Assembly (NCBI GenBank): GCA_021827875.1
Contig: JAKAUA010000006.1
Location: 1-35,149, forward strand
Direction: 5' to 3'
From: a bacterium
GTDB lineage: Bacteria; Babelota; Babeliae; Babelales; Vermiphilaceae
Length of the DNA stretch: 35,149 nucleotides
Of this stretch, positions 1-7,224 are shown piece after piece; the first letter of the stretch is position 1, and every line of letters starts with the position of its first letter. The notes below the pieces were generated by a model, which saw nothing but the letters and a program-made list of their open reading frames with translations, ran no database searches and had not been told where the DNA came from. The position numbers and the translations under genes were made by a program.

Positions 1-792
1 GCTCTTGCTCTTTATTCACATACGATACTATTCAGTAATTCTTTGGCAATCGAATTTGATCAGGCATTGGCAAATCCGGATGATGTAAAAAATGCTGCGA
101 TTATAGGTCGCTATAGCGCAATACTTGATCATGAAATAGGTCATATGAAGCACAATGATGTGATGAACCGATTTGCTTTTATGGGAATGATAGCCGGTGC
201 ATTTGCAGCTACCCAGCAGGCTATTATACATATGGGTTATGCTCCATGGCTTACCAATAAATTGGAAGAAGCCGCTTTAGGGGTAAATCGTCTTAAATAT
301 AATATGGCTTTCTTTGTATCTTGGCTGTCTTTTACAGCTCTTTCGCATGAAGCATCTAATTGGTACACGAGATCAATTGAAAGAAGCGCCGATGAGTTTG
401 CCATACAACACGCACAAACACCAAGCTCATTACGAGAAATGGCACAATGGCTGAGCGCTCAAGAAAAACTTAATTTGCAATGGGTTCTCATAACCGGCCA
501 ACCTCTATCTACAGGACTCATTGGTATTATGAGACAAGCATATCTACGCAATAAACTACTGAAAGAATATATTAATGAAAAATATGCAGGAAATGGCGCT
601 GCACAAAATACACAAGAATTTTGGGATGCTTTTGTAACCTGGGTTATGGAATGCCGCTCTGATGACGCAAACTTTTTTATGAAAACCCTTTTTGCTTCTG
701 CTGATCATCCGAGCGCAGATGAGCGCGCACAAAAGCTTAATCAAGCAGCAGATGAGCTTGATAAAAAATTACTATCCGAGCATCATGTATAA
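1..792 (+). CDS. M48-family zinc metallopeptidase (HtpX/Ste24-like), 5' end outside the window
   Basis: The frame is open from nt 1; the listed ORF starts at a TTG at 43 with no upstream stop. HEIGH zinc motif (LDHEIGHMKHND), later SIERSADEFA and C-terminal DHPSADERA. This is the usual M48 layout HExxH...ExxAD...HPxxxxR. Confidence 0.75.
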   Translation, partial: ALALYSHTILFSNSLAIEFDQALANPDDVKNAAIIGRYSAILDHEIGHMKHNDVMNRFAFMGMIAGAFAATQQAIIHMGYAPWLTNKLEEAALGVNRLKYNMAFFVSWLSFTALSHEASNWYTRSIERSADEFAIQHAQTPSSLREMAQWLSAQEKLNLQWVLITGQPLSTGLIGIMRQAYLRNKLLKEYINEKYAGNGAAQNTQEFWDAFVTWVMECRSDDANFFMKTLFASADHPSADERAQKLNQAADELDKKLLSEHHV

Positions 793-831
793 TTGAACCC
801 TTAAGCTATAGCTTAGAATAGAAGAAAATTT

Positions 832-880
832 GGCCCGCAAATCCTGCCCAAGGAATTTACGGGCCATTTGTATTTATATT
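832..880 (+). terminator. Rho-independent terminator candidate downstream of the M48 gene
   Basis: GGCCCG (832-837) pairs with CGGGCC (860-865), with inner AAATCC/GGA(A)TTT pairing. It is followed by T-rich ATTTGTATTTATATT. Confidence 0.5.
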
Positions 881-991
881 GATGTCGCTGATCAATAGCA
901 GCAATTGCACTAAGTAGAACAAGTATCTTGCAGAATCTAAATAATTGGATTTACTATACAAGGAGCGTTAAAAACTTCTTAATCTGCAAGG

Positions 992-2317
992 ATGCATATG
1001 AATGCTCTGATAACTGATCATCGCCACTCAAACGTCAATGACGCAACAATTGCCAAACTTGGCACGCGGCTCCTGAGCGAAATTATACGGATTAACCAAG
1101 CGCAAACACTCGGTTATGATACTGATTATGCATTTGTTAACATAGTTAATGACGCGAAGTTATTCGATGAAATTAAAGAATTAGTGCACGCAAAGCAAAG
1201 GCTAAAGCCAACTATAATGCTTGTTGTCGGCATTGGAGGCTCTAATTTGGGCACGCTGGCAATACAACAAGCACTTTATGGTCTTTTTTATAATGAACAC
1301 GACCCAGAAATTAAAGTCTATTATCTTGATACGGTCGACAGCGATTACACTAATGACATCTTGCTGTTAGCGCAACAAGCATTAGAAAAAGATGAAACTG
1401 TATTGCTGAATATTATCAGCAAATCGGGCACTACGACTGAGAGCATTGCTAACTTTGAAATTTTTTTGAATCTTTTCAAATCCTATTATGAAGATGAATA
1501 TAAGCATTATATCATTGTTACGAGTGATCATGGTTCAGCGCTTTGGCAATTGGCTCAAGATGAACAATTTGCCACGCTAACTATTCCTAAAAAATTAGGT
1601 GGTCGCTATTCTGTCTTCTCTGCGGTAGGGCTTTTTCCACTGGCTATGATTGGCGTTGATATTTATCAATTGTTGCGCGGTGCACAATCAGCAATTCCTA
1701 ACGCACTCACCACTGATATTTTTGAAAACAAAGCAGCATTAAGCGCTGCTCATATGTATGCGCATTACAAACAACAGATCGCAATTCACAATTTTTTTAT
1801 TTTTTCTGTTGATTTGCAAGGCATTGGTGCATGGTATCGGCAACTTATGGGAGAGAGCATTGGCAAGGCGCAATTGCGCTCAGGAGAAAAAGCAGCGATT
1901 GGCATTTTGCCCACAACATCAATTGGCAGTACTGATCTGCACTCAATGGTGCAATTTTATCTTGCGGGGCCTAATAGTACGTATACTACCTTTTTATCAG
2001 TTGAAACTAATAAATCAGACCTGATTATCCCTGCGCAACAGCAGTTTGAAAAAATTGTGCATAATATTCAGGATAAGTCTCTTGCAACTATTATGCGCGC
2101 TATTTTGCACGGAGCGTTCCAAGCATACCAAGAAAAAAATCGTCCTTTTTCAACTATTACTCTGCAAGAAAAATCTGCGTATTGCATTGGCCAATTATTG
2201 CAGTTTAAGATGTTTGAAATTATCTATCTTGCAGCATTGCTTTCGATTTCTCCTTTTGATCAAAATGAAGTAGAATTGTATAAACAAGCAACACGAAAGA
2301 TTTTGGCTCATGAATGA
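992..2317 (+). CDS. pgi: glucose-6-phosphate isomerase
   Basis: 441 aa with GIGGSNLG, ISKSGTTTE and GGRYSVFSAVG sugar-isomerase motifs. Size matches short bacterial PGI. The ATG at 998 has better spacing from AAGGA than the ATG at 992. The stop overlaps the zwf start (ATGAATGA). Confidence 0.9.
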   Translation: MHMNALITDHRHSNVNDATIAKLGTRLLSEIIRINQAQTLGYDTDYAFVNIVNDAKLFDEIKELVHAKQRLKPTIMLVVGIGGSNLGTLAIQQALYGLFYNEHDPEIKVYYLDTVDSDYTNDILLLAQQALEKDETVLLNIISKSGTTTESIANFEIFLNLFKSYYEDEYKHYIIVTSDHGSALWQLAQDEQFATLTIPKKLGGRYSVFSAVGLFPLAMIGVDIYQLLRGAQSAIPNALTTDIFENKAALSAAHMYAHYKQQIAIHNFFIFSVDLQGIGAWYRQLMGESIGKAQLRSGEKAAIGILPTTSIGSTDLHSMVQFYLAGPNSTYTTFLSVETNKSDLIIPAQQQFEKIVHNIQDKSLATIMRAILHGAFQAYQEKNRPFSTITLQEKSAYCIGQLLQFKMFEIIYLAALLSISPFDQNEVELYKQATRKILAHE

Positions 2318-3749
2318 TTGTACCATTATCTTGCTGGGCGCAACCGGTGATTTATCAAAGAAAAAAATTATTCCCGCACTGTATCGCTTGATTGAGCGCG
2401 GTATCATGAAGAATTGTATTATTGTGGGCGCCGCACGCGAACAAGTTGCTGCAGCTGAAATAATAAAGCGAGCGCAAGAATTTATTGGCCCCATTGACGC
2501 CGCTGCGTGGCAAACATTACAAAATTCATTTTTCTATCATCAGCTTGATTTCACTCATCAGAGCGATTATCAAACTTTGAACTATCGCGTAAAAGAATAC
2601 GAAACAAAATATAAGCTGAGCGGAAATCGTATTATTTATATTGCAGCCGCATCACCATTTTTCTGCGCTATAACGCGCAACGTTGCTTCCTCTGGCCTTG
2701 CCCAGCGCTTGGATGCTGATGCTCCGGTATGGCATCGTCTCGTGTACGAAAAGCCATTTGGTTCTGATCTAAAATCGGCACAAGAGATAAATCGTTGCAT
2801 TCATGCATCTTTTTTTGAGCATCAGATTTATCGTGTTGATCACTTTTTAAGCAAAGAATTAGTCAGTAATATCGCACTCCTACGCTTTACCAATATCTTC
2901 TTTGAACCATTGTGGAACAGTCATTACATAGAACATGTACAGATTATCTTAGATGAGCCGATGGGCATAGAGGGCCGAGGTGGCTATTATGACAAAGCCG
3001 GAGCACTTTCAGACGTAGTGCAAAATCATATGCTTGAGATGCTTGCCTTAATTGCGATGGAAAGCCCTGCTACGCTGCAGCCCGATGATGTGCGCAATGC
3101 ACGTGCAGAATTACTCACTCATGTACAAGTAGTAGACGGTATTTTGGGACAATACGAAGGCTACACACAAGAACAAAATGTAGCTCCAAACTCAAAAACA
3201 GAAACGTTTGCTGCTGTTATACTGCAAATTGATAATGATCGTTGGGGTTCAGTGCCATTTTATTTGAGAACGGGGAAAAAACTAGACAAAAAACAAACAG
3301 GCATTTATGTGACATTTAAAAAAGTTGCCTGTTTGTTAGCAAGACAATGCCCAACAGCACAAAATTCTTTGAATATACAAATAGATCCATCACCCTGTTT
3401 TGCTATGCTCGTTAATGCAAAAAAAGTAGGTACCTTTGAAGAAGTTGAACCGATTCCTATGGAATTTTGTCAGAATGGTATCTTGCCATTGGCTTACGAG
3501 ACATTACTTGAATCGGTGTACAAAGGAGATCACGCTATAGCTACGCGCTTTGATGAAATAGAGTATGCCTGGAAAATAACTGATACCATAAAAGCTGCTC
3601 ATTTTCCTCTGTACCCATATAAGCAAGGGTCACATGGTCCTGTTGAATTAGAAGCGTTAAACAAAAAATACGATATAGGTGATACATATGAAATTGGGAA
3701 TCATCGGTTTGGGAAAGATGGGAAACGCAATTGCCCAACGCGCAATTGA
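2310..3749 (+). CDS. zwf: glucose-6-phosphate 1-dehydrogenase
   Basis: N-terminal GATGDLSKKKIIPALY dinucleotide-binding motif, EKPFG, and RVDHFLSKE (equivalent of the RIDHYLGKE active-site motif). 479 aa. The 3' end runs 62 nt into gnd. Confidence 0.9.
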   Translation: MNDCTIILLGATGDLSKKKIIPALYRLIERGIMKNCIIVGAAREQVAAAEIIKRAQEFIGPIDAAAWQTLQNSFFYHQLDFTHQSDYQTLNYRVKEYETKYKLSGNRIIYIAAASPFFCAITRNVASSGLAQRLDADAPVWHRLVYEKPFGSDLKSAQEINRCIHASFFEHQIYRVDHFLSKELVSNIALLRFTNIFFEPLWNSHYIEHVQIILDEPMGIEGRGGYYDKAGALSDVVQNHMLEMLALIAMESPATLQPDDVRNARAELLTHVQVVDGILGQYEGYTQEQNVAPNSKTETFAAVILQIDNDRWGSVPFYLRTGKKLDKKQTGIYVTFKKVACLLARQCPTAQNSLNIQIDPSPCFAMLVNAKKVGTFEEVEPIPMEFCQNGILPLAYETLLESVYKGDHAIATRFDEIEYAWKITDTIKAAHFPLYPYKQGSHGPVELEALNKKYDIGDTYEIGNHRFGKDGKRNCPTRN

Positions 3750-4590
3750 TGGCGGCCATCAAGTTATCGGTTTTGACCCTGCGCAAGAGGCATCCGCACA
3801 GGCAGAACAATTAGGAGTTACTATTGTTCCATCGGTCACTGATGTTGCAAAGCATGCACGTATCATCTGGCTTATGATTCCTGCGGGTCATATTGTTGAT
3901 GCTACACTTTCTCTGTTACAACCACATTTACACAAAGATGACATTATTATAGATGGTGGCAACAGCCATTTCAAAGATTCTATTAGACGCGCAAAAGATC
4001 TAGAACAGCATGGTATTTATTTTCTTGATTGCGGTACCTCTGGCGGATTGCAGGGCAGAGAAATTGGCTTTTCTTTAATGGTTGGCGGTGATGAAGCAAG
4101 TTATATTAAGATTCATTCATTATTTGAGGCTATAGCCGCTCCGGGTGGATTAGGACTTGTTGGGCCGTCAGGTGCCGGGCACTATGTAAAAATGGTGCAC
4201 AATGGCATTGAATACGGCTTATTGCAAGCGTATGCAGAAGGTTTTCAATTAATCAAAGAAGGGGATTTAAAAAAGTATGACCCCGACCTTGAACAGATCA
4301 GTAGAATTTGGAGCAATGGCGCGATAATACGATCATATATTCTTGATCTCGCACATACTATTTTTGAACAAGATCAAGAACTTAGATCAATATCAGGTTA
4401 TATAGGTCAAAATGGCACCGGACAATGGGCTGCTGAAGATGCTCAAGAGAATAATATTTCTGTCCCCGTTTTGCAAGCGGCATTAAAAGTGCGCGCAGAA
4501 TCTGAACAAACAGGTGGCAATTATGCTACTAAAATTGTCGCACTATTGCGTCATGCCTTTGGTGGCCATCCTTTGGGGAAAAAAGGATAA
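3688..4590 (+). CDS. gnd: 6-phosphogluconate dehydrogenase, short (~300 aa, YqeC/GntZ-like) form
   Basis: MKLGIIGLGKMG Rossmann N-terminus, GGNSHF, CGTSGG and HYVKMVHNGIEYG motifs. The ATG at 3688 is preceded by AGGTGA at good spacing. The ORF-track start at 3679 is a GTG alternative. Confidence 0.85.
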   Translation: MKLGIIGLGKMGNAIAQRAIDGGHQVIGFDPAQEASAQAEQLGVTIVPSVTDVAKHARIIWLMIPAGHIVDATLSLLQPHLHKDDIIIDGGNSHFKDSIRRAKDLEQHGIYFLDCGTSGGLQGREIGFSLMVGGDEASYIKIHSLFEAIAAPGGLGLVGPSGAGHYVKMVHNGIEYGLLQAYAEGFQLIKEGDLKKYDPDLEQISRIWSNGAIIRSYILDLAHTIFEQDQELRSISGYIGQNGTGQWAAEDAQENNISVPVLQAALKVRAESEQTGGNYATKIVALLRHAFGGHPLGKKG

Positions 4591-4611
4591 CTATTGTAAC
4601 TCTTCAACATA

Positions 4612-4776
4612 AAAATACTACCGCCGCTCGCCCTGAGTGGCGGCTTTATAGCCGCTGTATCGAAGGGTTAGGCGGATAAAATAGAATGACATAAGGATAG
4701 CAGGCATACATTTTTTTAAAGCCCGCATGGTTCGATACGATTTCTACGAAATCACTCACCAACGAGCGGACTTTTG
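4612..4776. ncRNA. candidate structured RNA element (unclassified), strand unresolved
   Basis: GC-rich island in an AT-rich spacer between convergent gnd and pth. Long-range inverted repeats: CCGCTCG (4624-4630) with CGAGCGG (4763-4769); TGAGTG (4634-4639) with CACTCA (4753-4758); GTATCGAA (4657-4664) with TTCGATAC (4731-4738). Local hairpins GCGGC-TTTATA-GCCGC (4640-4655) and ATTTC-TAC-GAAAT (4740-4752) complete a compact four-way junction. An A-run lies upstream and a T-run downstream on both strands. Confidence 0.35.
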
Positions 4777-4842
4777 CATATCTTTAACAAAATATTGCAA
4801 GAACGCTAAGCACAACACATTTTACTGCGTTGATTGACATGG

Positions 4843-4863
4843 ATCCTGAAACGAGTTCAGGAT
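4843..4863. other. perfect 8-bp inverted repeat (hairpin), function unknown
   Basis: ATCCTGAA-ACGAG-TTCAGGAT, about 80 nt downstream of the pth stop. No U-run on either strand, so it is not a canonical terminator. Confidence 0.5.
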
Positions 4864-4943
4864 GACAAACTATAGTCAATACTCTTTTTTCATTTTTACA
4901 TTTTTAAATGGATCACATAAAATTGTATTAAGAATCCAAGTAA

Positions 4944-5459
4944 CTATTCTTCAATTAAAGCAATTGCCTTTGTAATCATATCTTCAACAGTAGCTTTTGG
5001 CTCATTAAAATTTTCTAGCACATAATCAGGTACCTTTTCTCGTTCTTCAGGACGGCCAATACCAACACGAAGACGGCTAAACGAATCACCACAGGCAGCA
5101 ATAATAGATTTAAGTCCATTATGACCTTTGGCACTACCGCCTTGCTTGATTTTTACTTGCCCAAAAGGAAGTTCAAGTTCATCATGCACGACTAAAATAT
5201 TTTCTGCTTTGATACCTTTTTTCTGCAAATAAGGAATAACTTTTCCTGATGTGTTCATATAGGTCTGCGGCTTGACCAAAATGATGTTGTTTCCATCTAA
5301 TGTGACTTCTGCCATTTCCATATCTTGTATCTTGCGCCATGTTGCATGATATTTGTCTGCGAGCGCATCTAATACACGAAAACCTATCGAATGGCGATGA
5401 TAATAATATGATGCTCCTGGATTGCCCAGGCCAATAATTGCCTTAATATTTTGATTCAT
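4944..5459 (-). CDS. pth: peptidyl-tRNA hydrolase
   Basis: 171 aa with GLGNPG...YYYHRHSIGF, VVHDELELPFG and GGSAKGHNGLKS motifs characteristic of Pth. Confidence 0.92.
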   Translation of the reverse strand: MNQNIKAIIGLGNPGASYYYHRHSIGFRVLDALADKYHATWRKIQDMEMAEVTLDGNNIILVKPQTYMNTSGKVIPYLQKKGIKAENILVVHDELELPFGQVKIKQGGSAKGHNGLKSIIAACGDSFSRLRVGIGRPEEREKVPDYVLENFNEPKATVEDMITKAIALIEE

Positions 5460-5474
5460 AGTTGATTACCCTTA

Positions 5475-6374
5475 TTACAAATATGGTATAACTGCTTTGC
5501 TGATATCAAATACTTCTAGTGATGTAGCATCTTGTAATAATACAGGAACTGAATTGGAAACAAAAATGGTAGTAAACTGTTTAAAAAGTAATGGTATATT
5601 TTCTTTTTTAGAAAAAATACCGTGAATAAAGCAGCCGTACACCTCCTGCACACCCTTTTCTTTTAAATCACGTGCGACTTGCAGCGCAGTACCACCGGTA
5701 TCAATAATATCATCAATAATAATAGCTTTTTTATGCAGGCTAAAATCGGTGCTACTTTCTAAACGTATGGTGTCAACTCCGATTCTTTTTTTATGATAGG
5801 CAATAACAGGTTTATTTAATAACTGTGCTATTTTTTGCGCTCTCTCATAAGCGCCGGCATCGGGCGCTACAATACAATAATCACCGGTTATTTTTGTTGT
5901 AAGATAATCAGTCAACAATGGAGCAAGAATAACCTGCTTCATAGGCATGACAAAAAAATCTTGATCCTTCTCATCATGCAATTCAACAGTAACAAAGTGA
6001 TCAATAGGTAGCGATTCTAGTAATTGTATGATCATGTGCGCTTCCGAAGGAATATGAGACATAATAACCTTGGTATGGCGCGAATAACCTAGGTAAGGAA
6101 TGAGTGTCACTAGTTCTTTGCACCCTGCTGCTTTAATTATGCGCGCTAACAGAGTAAGCACTATAATTTCTTCTGCCACTCTTGGACAGGTAGGGTGAAC
6201 AAGCAGCACCTTTTTATCATAGAAAAGAGCAGGGTTTTCAAAAAAAATCTCTTTTTCACCGTCAGCAAAGGTAGTTATTTTGGGAATAATAAGTTGCTTG
6301 TCATAATGGTCTGCCAGTGCTTGTGCAAGGTACAACTGACGCGCTGCTACTATAACAATATCATCATATTTCAT
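5475..6374 (-). CDS. prs: ribose-phosphate pyrophosphokinase
   Basis: 299 aa. DDIIDTGGT PRPP-binding loop and VAPDAGAYERA. The prs-pth adjacency is widespread in bacteria. Confidence 0.9.
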   Translation of the reverse strand: MKYDDIVIVAARQLYLAQALADHYDKQLIIPKITTFADGEKEIFFENPALFYDKKVLLVHPTCPRVAEEIIVLTLLARIIKAAGCKELVTLIPYLGYSRHTKVIMSHIPSEAHMIIQLLESLPIDHFVTVELHDEKDQDFFVMPMKQVILAPLLTDYLTTKITGDYCIVAPDAGAYERAQKIAQLLNKPVIAYHKKRIGVDTIRLESSTDFSLHKKAIIIDDIIDTGGTALQVARDLKEKGVQEVYGCFIHGIFSKKENIPLLFKQFTTIFVSNSVPVLLQDATSLEVFDISKAVIPYL

Positions 6375-6392
6375 AGCTAAGACTCTTTTAAA

Positions 6393-6424
6393 TGAGAAAA
6401 GCGACCGTTGTAACGATCGCTTTT
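6393..6424 (-). terminator. Rho-independent terminator after the Skp-like gene
   Basis: GCGACCG-TTGTAA-CGATCGC hairpin (6401-6420, one mismatch). On the minus strand it reads AAAAGCGATCGTTACAACGGTCGCTTTTCTCATTT, so it is followed by a U-run. Confidence 0.6.
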
Positions 6425-6450
6425 ACTCTTCTCTATAATTTCAATTAAAT

Positions 6451-7107
6451 TTAGGCAGCTGCGGTATGAGCGCCGGTTTTTTTGTTATCTGCTAACACAG
6501 TTGCCGGTGTGGCAGTAGCTTTTTGGTTAGCTGCAAACTTAATATTCATAGCATCAACAAGCTTGTTAGTTACATTCGCGCTTTCTGAGCTGTAAAGAAT
6601 TTGGCCGGTTGTTCTATCAACGATAACATCAATATTTTCTGCACGAGCTATGATAGTAGAATTATCGCGCACTTCTTTAAGCATTCTTTCTGAAGATTTT
6701 GCTTGCATCATTTGGAATTCTTGATTTTTTTCTTCGATTGAAACTTGGTAGTCTCTTTTTGCTTTTGTTAGGCGTCTTTCTTCTTTTTCGCGTGCTGATT
6801 CGCTCATGGTCACTTTTTTACTATCAAAAGCTAATAATTCTTGTTCTAACTCTTTGCCTTTTAGAGTAATTTCAGCTGCCCATTTTTGATTGGTGTCTGA
6901 CAATTCTTTAGTAATTTCAGCACCGAGCAATGATTTTTGCATTACTTCAAAGGCATCAACTACGCGAATCTTAAGGTCAGGTGACGCTACTTTGACAGCC
7001 GGTTTGTCTGCAACTTTTGCCTCAGGTACTTTGGTTACCTTATCAACAGAAGCCATACCGGTTAGTGATAAGCCCAAAAGACTTAATACAATTTTGTTAT
7101 TTTTCAT
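6451..7107 (-). CDS. OmpH/Skp-like periplasmic chaperone
   Basis: 218 aa with an N-terminal signal peptide (MKNNKIVLSLLGLSLTGMAS). Long charged coiled-coil core (KELEQELLAF...KEERRLTKAKRDYQ...) and C-terminal IDVIVDRTTGQILY...VTNKLVDAMN, typical of OmpH family proteins. Confidence 0.65.
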   Translation of the reverse strand: MKNNKIVLSLLGLSLTGMASVDKVTKVPEAKVADKPAVKVASPDLKIRVVDAFEVMQKSLLGAEITKELSDTNQKWAAEITLKGKELEQELLAFDSKKVTMSESAREKEERRLTKAKRDYQVSIEEKNQEFQMMQAKSSERMLKEVRDNSTIIARAENIDVIVDRTTGQILYSSESANVTNKLVDAMNIKFAANQKATATPATVLADNKKTGAHTAAA

Positions 7108-7224
7108 AAGATTTTTTCCTTTTAAAGGGGTGTACTCTCAATTTCATATTTTCTAGTAACTTTAGTTCGTTTAGATTATTTAGTCAAATTTATGGTAAGT
7201 AACGTTAACACCAGACAAGATGAC

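Noticed and set aside
4650-4776. RNase P RNA. The minus strand has GCAAAAGTCCGCTCG (resembles the CR-I GGAAAGUCCGG) and ACAGCGGCTATA (resembles ACAGAAxCCGGCUUA). These could form a P4-like helix with a bulged U and compensatory changes.
   Set aside because: The two strands are only about 115 nt apart, far too close for a bacterial RNase P RNA with an S-domain. I could not find the other conserved regions (GGUAAGAGCGCACC-like, AGGGUGAAA-like). The AGCGGC segment is better explained by the local hairpin and the four-way junction.
4591-4943. tmRNA or a tRNA-like element, suggested by GGTTCGATAC (T-loop-like) and a spacer length of about 350 nt.
   Set aside because: On neither strand is there a GGGG-type 5' end, an acceptor stem with CCA, a T-arm stem around the motif, or a tag reading frame ending in Ala-Ala-stop.
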